Below, one piece after another: positions 9,484-18,463 of a DNA stretch of 40,613 nt (positions are counted from its first letter, which is position 1; the number at the start of each line of letters is the position of its first letter). The notes beneath the pieces are model-generated. The model did not search any database. It saw nothing but the letters and a program-made list of their open reading frames with translations, and was not told where the DNA came from. The position numbers and the translations under genes are program-made. The DNA lies in assembly GCA_018824115.1 (NCBI GenBank), contig JAHJGY010000018.1, forward strand, positions 1 through 40,613. Reading direction: 5' to 3'. Origin of the DNA: Patescibacteria group bacterium. Lineage in GTDB: Bacteria; Patescibacteriota; 4484-211.

Positions 9484-9633
9484 CGGATATCCTCCTATCC
9501 TTTCTGCCGCTCCCACGCGGCAATGAAAAAGAAAATCGAACGACAAGTGAAAAAATTTCGCTAGGCACCTCCTTTCTGCCGTTTTAATAGGCAGAATACA
9601 AAAATACGGGTTGAAACGTGCTACAGAACCTGA

Positions 9634-9662
9634 ATTATACCACCTAGTTATCTTATAGTCAA
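9634..9662 (-). promoter_or_regulatory. sigma70 promoter TTGACT-17-TATAAT with extended -10
   Basis: -35 at 9657-9662, -10 at 9634-9639, TGgTATAAT. Confidence 0.8.
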
Positions 9663-9729
9663 AGCTCCTCTGCGGAATGGTTGGAGTTATCGAGATATAG
9701 GGAGTGAAACATAAATGGCTTCATTGGTT

Positions 9730-9782
9730 GTAAGAGCTCACTTTAGTGAGCGACCTTATCGCAGATTAAAATCTGCTACTAC
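9730..9782. repeat. REPIN-like doublet of inverted GTA(A/G)-headed palindromes
   Basis: GTAAGA-GCTCACT-TT-AGTGAGC (9730-9753) facing GCAGATT-AA-AATCTGC-TACTAC (9759-9782). Confidence 0.65.
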
Positions 9783-9802
9783 GGGTAGAGCAAGAAATCA
9801 GG

Positions 9803-11353
9803 TTACTTAATAGAGTGTAATATTTGCTCTGCCTCTCTGGCTGTTGCCAGCCTAGGTTGGGCGTAGTCCTCAATGATTATGGGAATTAGCTCGTAAGCAA
9901 CTTTCTTATCTTTACCGATTATAAGTTTTACTAGCAAGCCCTGGCGGGTTTTTTCGCTCCACATTTGGTCAAAGATCAAATTGCCCAGCCCGTAGAAAAT
10001 TAATCCACTGTTATATTCTTCGTACTTTTGCACCCAGTGGGCCTGGTCGCCGGTTACTACGTTTGCTCCCCAATCGACCAGCTTCCTTCCGATATCGATC
10101 TGTCCTTGTGTCGGTTGGTGAGTGTATTCGGGGCCCCAATTGGGCATGGTAATTAGGACGTCAACTAGAGGATCAATTTGTTCAACCACGGTTTTAATAA
10201 CTGTCTCGTCCCACCAGGCCACGCCAGTAGAATTCTCGACAGCAGAGCTCAGCTCAGCTGATGCCGCAGGTGAAGTGCCAGCAACAGTGTTAAAAGCAAG
10301 AAATCCCACTTTTAATTGATTGCTAGAGCTATCTTGTAAAGTGATGATTTGCGATTTTAGGGCCTGTTCTATATTCTCACCTGCGCCGGTAAACAGAATG
10401 TTGTTATCGGCGAGCACCTGGGTAGTGTATTCAATGCCGCTCACACCGTAGTCACCGAGATGATTACCGGCAATGCCGACTACATCAACCCCTGCAAAGG
10501 GTAAGCCCTTGATGTAGTTGGTCTGAGCGCAAAAAACGGGTTTGTCGGCAACATAAGGGCAGTCTTCTACGAACGGAGATTTTAAGTTAATAATGGTAAG
10601 ATCTGCGGCTTGGGTTAGAGGCGCGATTTTTTCCCAAGGGTAATTAACATTATTGTATTTGCGGATGCGTTCATCGACGCCGCGAGATAAAACTACCGTG
10701 CCGCCGATTAAGATTTCCCAATCAGCCGCTTGGTGATTGTTGGTGGTAATTACCAGAGAATCTCGGGGCAGTAAGTCGTAGAGTTCAAGGATGTCGTTAT
10801 TATTGTGATAGACGCAGCCTAATCCAAAGTTGGTGCCAATTTTTTCCGGTTCGTTTGTTCCATGGAAGGCGCGGGTGGTTTTCTTGAATGATGTGCTATC
10901 CCAGACTTCTAGGAACATCAATCTGGGCCCGTAAATTCCGCCCAGATCTTGTTTCTTTTCTCCAATCCGCCAGACACTCTCTAGCATATTGTTTTCGCCA
11001 GATCCTGTCGATATAGTGTAAATTTTTAGTAGTTCCTTGCCATAGAAGATATAGTTTTTTTGTTCCGGGATAACTACTACCGACAAGTAGTTAGTGAGAT
11101 CTACTGTGCTGGGGATTTTTGCGAGCCAGTTTTTGAGTCGCGGATCGGTGAGTCGATCAGTTTGCTGGGCGTTTGGGGTTGGGATTTGAGCGGACATAAT
11201 AGTGGGTGAAGTATTGGAAGTTGGCGGTGGAGAAGTGGTTTGGCTAGGTTGTGGGGGGCCTTGCGGTATTCGGGCGATGATTGTGAGTTCTAAAATGATC
11301 AGAAGAAGGGCGACAAGGAGGTTACGGTGAAGCCTGGTCCCGAGGAAATTCAT
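9803..11353 (-). CDS. L,D-transpeptidase (YkuD) - CapA-family fusion protein
   Basis: N-terminal TM and P/T linker; AFHGT...GLGCV YkuD motif; CapA-like SRGV, INLKSP, AGNHLGDYG, WGPEY, QAHWVQ, YGLGNLIFDQ. Confidence 0.8.
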   Translation of the reverse strand: MNFLGTRLHRNLLVALLLIILELTIIARIPQGPPQPSQTTSPPPTSNTSPTIMSAQIPTPNAQQTDRLTDPRLKNWLAKIPSTVDLTNYLSVVVIPEQKNYIFYGKELLKIYTISTGSGENNMLESVWRIGEKKQDLGGIYGPRLMFLEVWDSTSFKKTTRAFHGTNEPEKIGTNFGLGCVYHNNNDILELYDLLPRDSLVITTNNHQAADWEILIGGTVVLSRGVDERIRKYNNVNYPWEKIAPLTQAADLTIINLKSPFVEDCPYVADKPVFCAQTNYIKGLPFAGVDVVGIAGNHLGDYGVSGIEYTTQVLADNNILFTGAGENIEQALKSQIITLQDSSSNQLKVGFLAFNTVAGTSPAASAELSSAVENSTGVAWWDETVIKTVVEQIDPLVDVLITMPNWGPEYTHQPTQGQIDIGRKLVDWGANVVTGDQAHWVQKYEEYNSGLIFYGLGNLIFDQMWSEKTRQGLLVKLIIGKDKKVAYELIPIIIEDYAQPRLATAREAEQILHSIK

Positions 11354-11379
11354 AACCCAATTTTAACACGTTTCTTTGG

Positions 11380-12084
11380 TTAAGAATCGGACTTTTTAGT
11401 TTTTTCTTCGGATGGTTCTTCTTTAGGTTTATCGTCTTTTTTCGCAGTTTCTTCTCCCTCTGGAGCAGTTTCTTCTCCCCCTGGTACTTCTTCCGCTTGG
11501 GCCTCTTCTACTTCCTCCTCGGTCTGTGCCGGCTCGATTTTACAGACCACTTCGTCCGGATCGAGATCAGTCTTAACTTTTGAGGGTAACTTAAGGTCTT
11601 TTACAATAATTGCGTCATTCACGTCGGCAAGTTTAGAAATGTCAACCTCGATTTCAGAAGGGATGTCCGTTGGGAGGCAAGTAACTTCTAGTTCGGTGAG
11701 TATTTCTAATAGCATTCCTGTTCCCACTTTAACGGCGGGTGCCTCTCCCACAAAGGTTATTGGGACATCGGTCGTGGTTTCTTCCGTTAAGTCTACTTGG
11801 AGGAAGTCCGTGTGGAGGATTTGGTTTGTTACTGGATGAGCCTGAATGTGGCGGATGAGTACGGGTCGCTTTTCTTTCTCCCCTTTAACTTGGAGGTAGA
11901 TAAGCTCAGTTTCCCCGGCCTCTTTGAATGTCTTAAGGAATTCATCTACAGACAGTTGAATGGTCAGCGATTCTAGGCCCGAACCGTAGATGTTTGCCGG
12001 TAAAATCCCTTGCTTGCGGAGTTTCTTGATTTTGCTCCCCAGGATTCCCCTTTTTTCTGCTTTTAGTTGTGTTTCTTTTACCAT
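11380..12084 (-). CDS. rplY: 50S ribosomal protein L25 (CTC type)
   Basis: KKLRKQGILPANIYG, IQAHPVT..ILHTDF, C-terminal beta domain and acidic tail; ATG at 12084. Confidence 0.92.
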   Translation of the reverse strand: MVKETQLKAEKRGILGSKIKKLRKQGILPANIYGSGLESLTIQLSVDEFLKTFKEAGETELIYLQVKGEKEKRPVLIRHIQAHPVTNQILHTDFLQVDLTEETTTDVPITFVGEAPAVKVGTGMLLEILTELEVTCLPTDIPSEIEVDISKLADVNDAIIVKDLKLPSKVKTDLDPDEVVCKIEPAQTEEEVEEAQAEEVPGGEETAPEGEETAKKDDKPKEEPSEEKTKKSDS

Positions 12085-12086
12085 GG

Positions 12087-12097
12087 TGATAGTATCA
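12087..12097. promoter_or_regulatory. palindromic overlapping -10 boxes (candidate bidirectional promoter)
   Basis: TGATAGTATCA reads TGaTAGTAT (+) and TGaTACTAT (-) in the 19-bp gap between divergent genes. Confidence 0.55.
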
Positions 12098-12103
12098 AAC
12101 CGA

Positions 12104-12880
12104 ATGAGCAAGCAAAAGCTGCCTCCCGAAACTGTCGATTACGATGCCTCAGGGTGCGATTATATAAAATATTGGTCCGATCGTCAATACGAGCACCAGG
12201 CGGAGAAAATTGCGTTGGAAAAATTAATTCCTTCTAGAGGAGATTCAATCCTGGATTTGGGAGGGGGGTATGGAAGGTTGACCCCTTTGTACGTGAATCG
12301 TTTTGAGCGCGTTACGATCTTGGATATTTCCGAGAGACACTTACAGCAAGCACAAGTGATGATCGAGAGTCTTGGCCTAAAAGGAATTGAAGTGAAGAAA
12401 GGTGATGTTAATAACATTTCTTCTAAGAATAGCAGTGTTGAGGTTGTCTTGATAATGAGAGTTCTACACCATATCACCTCGCCCGAACGGGTATTTAAGG
12501 AAGTAAACCGCGTTTTGCAATCAAGGGGGTTACTTATTTTAGAGTTTCCCAACAAGTGTAATTTTAAAGCTGTTGTTAGGAATTTGATTAGGGGGCGATG
12601 GCGGTTTTGTCTAAATCGCGAGCCCTATGAGCAAGCGGCCGCTGGGGAGGAAGGAATTTTCTATAACTTTCATCCAAAGTATATTTTCGAGCTGTTGAGA
12701 ACTGCAGGTTTTAGAATAGAGAAGCGAATTTCTGTATCAAACCTGAGAAGCCCGACTTTGAAACGGATATTACCTTTGGGGGTTTTAGTATTTCTTGAGA
12801 AGGTTTGTCAAGTAATTCTTACGCCAGTAAATTTTGGACCATCTTTGATTTTGCGTTGTCGTAAGGTTAAAGATGTGTGA
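12104..12880 (+). CDS. class I SAM-dependent methyltransferase
   Basis: ILDLGGGYGRL motif I, LDIS, RVLHH, RVLQSRGLLILE; start placed at ATG 12104 to avoid overlap with rplY. Confidence 0.85.
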   Translation: MSKQKLPPETVDYDASGCDYIKYWSDRQYEHQAEKIALEKLIPSRGDSILDLGGGYGRLTPLYVNRFERVTILDISERHLQQAQVMIESLGLKGIEVKKGDVNNISSKNSSVEVVLIMRVLHHITSPERVFKEVNRVLQSRGLLILEFPNKCNFKAVVRNLIRGRWRFCLNREPYEQAAAGEEGIFYNFHPKYIFELLRTAGFRIEKRISVSNLRSPTLKRILPLGVLVFLEKVCQVILTPVNFGPSLILRCRKVKDV

Positions 12881-12892
12881 TTAACGTCCCGG

Positions 12893-12909
12893 GTAGCTCC
12901 GGGAGCTAC
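12893..12909. repeat. short intergenic palindrome GTAGCTCC-G-GGAGCTAC
   Basis: 8-bp inverted repeat. Confidence 0.55.
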
Positions 12910-12948
12910 TTAATGCTGTCAGGGCAATAAAACTAGGAGATTTGAAGA

Positions 12949-14988
12949 ATGAGCAGTAGACAGGAACAATCAACAATCTTTAAACAGCTCGATCGCTGGG
13001 GTACGGCTATCGTGCATTGGCAGGCAGAAGCGGTCGCCAGTTTATTTTTTGGTATTCCCCTTGTTCTCATTATCGGGGTGTATCTTAATTTTGGATTATC
13101 AACTCTAGTAAAACTTCTTGCCCTGGTTTTATTCTTGGCAATTGGCGTTTGGGTACCGCTGTGGCTCCTCTTGGCCAAGTTTTCGATTAGGCCAGTTCGG
13201 GGAGTAATAAAAAGGTATTTAAAGGGAGAGGAAATAGGGGAGAAGGAAATTATTAAGACAATCGAGTTCTTCCTGGCTTATCCGCGCCGGCACGCGACAA
13301 AAGCTTTCTTCCTCACCCTTTTTGCCTATGTGTCTGGAGCTTTACCGCTGTGGCTGGGAATTGTTCCCGAGATGATTCCGAATCTGAAGAAGTTCACTCT
13401 CATTAGCACGTCCATAGGTTTTGTCGTGGGATTAATAGAAGCTTTCTTAAACTACGCTTTATTAGAGACTTATTTGCGTGGGGCGATTGAGTCACTTTTG
13501 TCTACGTATGCTGGAAAAGTAGGTCGTGTGTATAAATATTTAAGAGTTACCCTGTTTACTAAGATTTTTCTTTTGGTATATTTTGTGAGTTTAGCGGTTC
13601 AAGTTGCTTTGCTAACGATATTTTTGGGTAGAATCCTGATTTTTTATCCCGGTGAATTTATCTTCCATTTTACCGTACTGGTTACATTTGTTTTGTTTGG
13701 TACTTTCTTCAGCCTAATTATGGCAACAATTTTCGCTCGCAATCTCACTAGCCCGTTGCACCGGGTTGTTACTTGGAGTCGAGAGATTATCAGGGGAAAC
13801 TTAGACGCAAAAATTTACCTAGCTACCGACGATGAATCAGCTGATGTTCTTGAATATTCGGAAAAGATGGTTGAAAACTTGAAACGGGGTCAGGAACTGA
13901 TGGCGGCAGAGAAAAATAAACTTGCTGTTGTTCTTTCTGGGGTTGCTGACGGAGTTGTCGCCGTGGATCAAAGCTATAGGATTGTGGTGTTTAACAGCGC
14001 GGCCGCGGGTATTACGGGATGGCTTCCCGAAGAGGCTATTGGCAAGAATTTAGATACAATCTTGTTAATTTATGGTTTGGATCATAGTCGGGTTTCAATT
14101 GATCGTTTGTGTCCACGTGAAATTGATAATGTGACTGATAAGATTACCTATTTCGAGCCGAATTTAAGTTTAAAAACTAAAACTGGATCAGAGAAGCAGG
14201 TTAATTTAATGGCAGCGACAATAAAAGAGGGATCAGTAGCAGATGTTAGTTACATTCTTACTTTCCACGATGTTACAGAAGAGCGAGAATTAGAGAGAAT
14301 GAAGCTAGACTTTGTGGCGATGGCCGCTCATGAATTGCGGACACCAATTACCTCAATTATTGGCTATCTATCGGTTTTACAAGACGAGTTAGGCTCAAGC
14401 TTAAATATGGAACATCAACAATTTTTCCGACGAGCTTTGACATCCGGTAAACGATTGATTGGACTAATGGAGAACTTGTTATCAATTACTAGGATAGAAA
14501 AGGGGAGACTGACCCTCCGGCTTGCTTCTATTGACTGGCAGGGTTTGGTGAAGGAAGCAGTTACGGAATTCACGCCACTGGCAGACGAGAAAGGCTTGCA
14601 GCTAAGGTGGAAACCCTTGAAAACGTCGTTGCCAATGGTGCTGGTGGATTCGTTGCGAATCTCGGAAGTCCTTAATAATTTATTGAATAATGCTATTACG
14701 TACACCGCAAAAGGGGCAATTTCTATTTGGTGTGAGTATGATGATAAAGAGAAAATGGTGATTACGCACATAAAGGATACTGGACCAGGGATTCCGGAAG
14801 AGAGCATGCCTCATTTATTTGAAAAGTTTTACCGGATTGCGGGGCCATTAGAGGAGGGCTCCAAAGGGACTGGGTTAGGTCTTTATATTTCCAAGTCAAT
14901 TACTACTATGCACGGGGGGCGCATTTGGGTTAAATCAGATTTTGGTAAAGGATCAACTTTTAGTTTTAGTTTGCCGATTGCGGAATAG
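12949..14988 (+). CDS. multi-TM sensor histidine kinase (HAMP-PAS-HisKA-HATPase)
   Basis: About 6 TM helices, HAMP-like and PAS (DGVVAVD..FNSAA) segments, AHELRTPIT, NLLNNAITY, DTGPGI, GTGLGL. Confidence 0.92.
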   Translation: MSSRQEQSTIFKQLDRWGTAIVHWQAEAVASLFFGIPLVLIIGVYLNFGLSTLVKLLALVLFLAIGVWVPLWLLLAKFSIRPVRGVIKRYLKGEEIGEKEIIKTIEFFLAYPRRHATKAFFLTLFAYVSGALPLWLGIVPEMIPNLKKFTLISTSIGFVVGLIEAFLNYALLETYLRGAIESLLSTYAGKVGRVYKYLRVTLFTKIFLLVYFVSLAVQVALLTIFLGRILIFYPGEFIFHFTVLVTFVLFGTFFSLIMATIFARNLTSPLHRVVTWSREIIRGNLDAKIYLATDDESADVLEYSEKMVENLKRGQELMAAEKNKLAVVLSGVADGVVAVDQSYRIVVFNSAAAGITGWLPEEAIGKNLDTILLIYGLDHSRVSIDRLCPREIDNVTDKITYFEPNLSLKTKTGSEKQVNLMAATIKEGSVADVSYILTFHDVTEERELERMKLDFVAMAAHELRTPITSIIGYLSVLQDELGSSLNMEHQQFFRRALTSGKRLIGLMENLLSITRIEKGRLTLRLASIDWQGLVKEAVTEFTPLADEKGLQLRWKPLKTSLPMVLVDSLRISEVLNNLLNNAITYTAKGAISIWCEYDDKEKMVITHIKDTGPGIPEESMPHLFEKFYRIAGPLEEGSKGTGLGLYISKSITTMHGGRIWVKSDFGKGSTFSFSLPIAE

Positions 14989-15053
14989 GTTGCTGATTAT
15001 CTTTTAGACTTTCAGCGTTTTTCAAAGTTTTGTAGTTTCCAAGTGCTGGTAGT

Positions 15054-15401
15054 TCAAAAGGCGCTTTGGTCTGGCGCCGCTGTCGGTGTTGGGGTGGTAT
15101 CGGAGGGGGTGAGAGTTATTCCTGTTGGTTGTTCTGATGATGTCGGTGTTAAGTTTTGATGTGGACTAGCTTGTGGAGTTACTGTGGGTGTTGGCAGTTC
15201 ATTATCATAGAGCGAAGAGATAAAATCCGGGATTTCGTTCTCGGTTTTAGTAGGAATTGAGATTTGTAAATTACGAGTTTGACCGAGTGGATGATAGGTA
15301 TCCGAGTTTCGTAGGTAGATGGATAAAATAATGAGTACCAGGCAAATAACAATCATGAGGATGACGAAAAGTGTTGATAGGCGAGCCCCCTTTTTTCTCA
15401 T
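15054..15401 (-). CDS. single-TM protein with Pro/Thr-rich tail
   Basis: Basic N-terminus, hydrophobic helix, PTPT repeats. Confidence 0.65.
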   Translation of the reverse strand: MRKKGARLSTLFVILMIVICLVLIILSIYLRNSDTYHPLGQTRNLQISIPTKTENEIPDFISSLYDNELPTPTVTPQASPHQNLTPTSSEQPTGITLTPSDTTPTPTAAPDQSAF

Positions 15402-15429
15402 TGTGGGTATTTGTTAATATTATAGCTAT

Positions 15430-16485
15430 ATGCGGGAGGTTACACAACTAACTATAGAGGAGCTAAAAGGGAAGAGAGTCTTAGTTGCGGCGGATTTGGA
15501 TGTGCCTTTAGAGACTGGTGGGGGCACTGACGAGCTTAGCGTGGCTGACGATTATCGCTTGCGCGGAGTTGCGGAGACAACGAGGTTTCTTTTGGGGCAG
15601 CGAGCAATAGTGATTTTGGCTGGTCATTTAGGCCGGCCAAAAGGTCAGGTTGTCCAAGAATTACGGATGATGCCAGTAGTAACAAGGTTAAGAGAACTGC
15701 TTGGTCAGGTTGATATTTTTAGAGCGAAAAGTGTTGTAGGAGTTGAAGTGAGTAAAAAAGCTGCCGAGTTAAAACCTGGTCAAGTTCTGATTCTGGAAAA
15801 TGTGCGTTTTGATCCTCGAGAAGAGAATAATGATGCCGATTTTGCTAGAGAATTAGCGAAGTTAGCGGATTATTACGTGAACGAACTTTTCAGTACGTCG
15901 CACCGTGAACACGCATCGATAGTTAGTGTGCCTAGATTATTGCCCTCTTACGCAGGAATTCGATTCGCCCAGGAGGTGCGTGTTCTTGATAAGATTAGGG
16001 TGCAACCTGGACGACCTCTTGTTTTTATTGTTGGTGGTTCAAAGAAAGGCAAGGTATCTTTCGTGAAAGACATCGCTGTCTTGGCAGATGAAATACTGTT
16101 AGGGGGAACGTTGTCTTATGCCCAAGAGCTGGAGGGAGTTCCCAAGGTTCGTTTCCCGGTAGACGCAGTGAGAATAGACGATATTGGGCCAGAATCGGTG
16201 GCGATGTTCTGTCGGATCATACACCGTGCAGGAACGGTTGTGTGGGCGGGACCTCTTGGTCGGTTTGAAGATGAACGATATATTAAGGGAAGTGAAAAAA
16301 TTGCTCACTGTATTACTGAATCTGATTGCAATAGTGTGGTGGGAGGAGGAGATACATTAGCGATGCTCGGACGTCTTGGATTGCGTGAGAGATTTGGGTT
16401 TTGCTCCACGGGGGGCGGTGCTATGTTAGAATACTTAGCGAATGGCACTTTGCCGGGAATTGAAGCACTGGAAGGCGGTTTGTAG
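15430..16485 (+). CDS. pgk: phosphoglycerate kinase (shortened)
   Basis: GHLGRPKG, LENVRF, SHREHAS, VGGGDT, STGGGAMLEYL..LPGIEAL. Confidence 0.93.
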   Translation: MREVTQLTIEELKGKRVLVAADLDVPLETGGGTDELSVADDYRLRGVAETTRFLLGQRAIVILAGHLGRPKGQVVQELRMMPVVTRLRELLGQVDIFRAKSVVGVEVSKKAAELKPGQVLILENVRFDPREENNDADFARELAKLADYYVNELFSTSHREHASIVSVPRLLPSYAGIRFAQEVRVLDKIRVQPGRPLVFIVGGSKKGKVSFVKDIAVLADEILLGGTLSYAQELEGVPKVRFPVDAVRIDDIGPESVAMFCRIIHRAGTVVWAGPLGRFEDERYIKGSEKIAHCITESDCNSVVGGGDTLAMLGRLGLRERFGFCSTGGGAMLEYLANGTLPGIEALEGGL

Positions 16486-16543
16486 GAAGATGGCACTACC
16501 GGTATTAGTAAGTTGATTCCCGTAAACTACTAGCTAAAAAGAG

Positions 16544-17230
16544 ATGTTAATCGTAGCTAATTGGAAATTACATTTTAATCTTCAGGAAGTAAGAGAATGG
16601 CTATCCGAGTTCGCGGAAAATATAAGCGAAGTAGATGATTCTGTGGAAATTGTAATTTGCCCTTCTTTCCCATTGATCCCCGAGCTAAAGAGGATAGTTA
16701 GTGAGCAAGTATTACCTGTTAAGTTAGGTGCCCAAGATATCTCTATTTTCGAAGAGGGTCAGTATACCGGTGAAGTGAGTGGGAAGCAGTTAAGAGATTG
16801 GGTTAATTATGTTATCGTCGGGCATTCCGAGAGGCGTTCGTATTTTAATGAAACAGATCAGGATGTGTTGAAGAAGATTCTTCTTACACAAAAATATCAG
16901 CTGAGACCCATTGCCTGCATTAGTTCGCTTGATCAAGCGGAGGTTTTGGAGGGAGAATTATTAGATAAGGAGAATCTTGTTATTGTCTATGAGCCGTTAT
17001 TTGCTATTGGTACGGGTCAGTCGGACAGTCCCAGTAGCGCGGCTGAGCAGGCGCAGCGGATAAGGTCTACTTTTGGTAAAGATGTAAGAGTGTTATATGG
17101 GGGGAGCGTTGATTTAGCAAATGTTACCGATTTTCTTAGAGAAAGTATCGATGGAGTTTTAGTTGGTACTGCTAGTTTGGACCCGGCGGAGTTTGCCGGG
17201 ATTGTAAAAAAGGTTTCAGCCAAAGGCTGA
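16544..17230 (+). CDS. tpiA: triosephosphate isomerase
   Basis: VANWK, YTGEVS, GHSERR, YEPLFAIGTG, LYGGSV, GVLVGTASL. Confidence 0.95.
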   Translation: MLIVANWKLHFNLQEVREWLSEFAENISEVDDSVEIVICPSFPLIPELKRIVSEQVLPVKLGAQDISIFEEGQYTGEVSGKQLRDWVNYVIVGHSERRSYFNETDQDVLKKILLTQKYQLRPIACISSLDQAEVLEGELLDKENLVIVYEPLFAIGTGQSDSPSSAAEQAQRIRSTFGKDVRVLYGGSVDLANVTDFLRESIDGVLVGTASLDPAEFAGIVKKVSAKG

Positions 17231-17280
17231 TGGGCCCCTGGCCCAAATTCGAACATCGGACCGATGTTACGTCGGACCGG
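17231..17280. repeat. cluster of short palindromes (REP-like)
   Basis: TGGGCC-CCT-GGCCCA, AACATCGG-A-CCGATGTT and overlapping CCGATGT-T-ACGTCGG. Confidence 0.55.
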
Positions 17281-17290
17281 TTCTCATTAA

Positions 17291-18463
17291 ATGGACTATG
17301 TTGATTTAGGAACCCTTTCACGGAAAACAATAACTCGACGGCGGGGGCAGAGAAAAATTAAGTTGCCTTCGAAACTAGTTGGAGTGTTGTTAATCATAAT
17401 TATTGGTTTTGCGACGGTGAAACTTTTGTTGTCGTCGGCGACGACAGTATGGGCTGATTTTTGGTCTGCTTCCGGATCGGTAATATCTTATATGCTGCCA
17501 GGATCTGTGAAGGTAAAGAAGGATGGCGGGGTAACTAATGTTTTGTTAGTTGGAATAGATCGCCGGGCGAGGGTGCCTTATACATACCAGGGGCCGGATG
17601 ATACTCTAATGCGCAACGGTTTCCTCGCCGATACAATTATTGTTGCCTCACTGAATTACGAAACAGATCAATTAAGTATGCTTTCTTTACCGCGCGACCT
17701 GTGGTTAGAGATCCCCGAGTTTGGCAGTTTACAAAAACAATATTCTAAAATCAATGCCTGTTATGCTTTGGGTGATCGTTTTTCCGGCGAGGAAGATGGG
17801 GGAATGTTGCTGCTTAGTCAAGTACTCGAGGATGTCTTAGATATACCTATCCATTATTGGGCGAGGATTGACTTTGTTGGTTTCGAGAAAGGGGTAGATG
17901 CAATTGGGGGGATAGACCTTATTGTTGACCAGGCATTTGATGATTATCAGTTTCCTCGAGTTGGTAACGAAGGAGCACCTTGGGATCAACGATGGGAGCA
18001 CGTTCATTTTGATGCTGGTTTGCAGCATATGGATGGAGCAACCGCATTAAAGTATGCACGCTCGCGACATGCTTTAGGGCCGGAAGGTACTGATTTCGCT
18101 CGATCCAAGCGGCAGCAAAAAGTAATTATTGCTGCTAAAAACAAAGTTGTTTCTTCGTCAACCTTGTTCAATCCCATAAAGCTCAAAGAGCTTTTTGAAG
18201 TAGTGTCGGATAATCTAAATCTAAAGACCGACATTAAGCTTTCGGAAATACCTTTATTCTTTTCTTTAGCTAAAGGGTTGGTCGATGAAGAGGTCCAGAC
18301 ATATAGTCTTACTGATGAGGGATTAAGCCTTCTAGCTACGCCACAAGACTTATCGATGTACGGAGGAGCGTGGATCTTGCTGCCGACCGCAGGTTTTAGT
18401 GATTATTCCGATATTCAAGGATTTGTTAAAGGAGCTTTTTACTCAGCTATTAGTGAGCCCTAG
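17291..18463 (+). CDS. LCP (LytR-CpsA-Psr) family protein
   Basis: NVLLVGID, ADTIIV, SLPRDLW, KINACY, YARSRH, DFARSKRQQKV. Confidence 0.92.
   Translation: MDYVDLGTLSRKTITRRRGQRKIKLPSKLVGVLLIIIIGFATVKLLLSSATTVWADFWSASGSVISYMLPGSVKVKKDGGVTNVLLVGIDRRARVPYTYQGPDDTLMRNGFLADTIIVASLNYETDQLSMLSLPRDLWLEIPEFGSLQKQYSKINACYALGDRFSGEEDGGMLLLSQVLEDVLDIPIHYWARIDFVGFEKGVDAIGGIDLIVDQAFDDYQFPRVGNEGAPWDQRWEHVHFDAGLQHMDGATALKYARSRHALGPEGTDFARSKRQQKVIIAAKNKVVSSSTLFNPIKLKELFEVVSDNLNLKTDIKLSEIPLFFSLAKGLVDEEVQTYSLTDEGLSLLATPQDLSMYGGAWILLPTAGFSDYSDIQGFVKGAFYSAISEP

Noticed and set aside
8646-9526. Several + strand ORFs opposite the 229-aa orphan
   Set aside because: Promoter, SD and 3' stem all support the minus-strand gene; GC-rich DNA readily yields shadow ORFs.
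6378-9782. Integron attC array explaining the cassettes
   Set aside because: The stems lack RYYYAAC/GTTRRRY ends, the genes carry their own promoters, and no integrase is present.
11990-12111. Long overlap between rplY and the methyltransferase
   Set aside because: It arises from extended start calls; recognisable family sequence begins at ATG 12084 (-) and ATG 12104 (+).
12949-14988. Novel signalling system around the histidine kinase
   Set aside because: Ordinary domain order; the lack of an adjacent response regulator is common and uninformative within one window.
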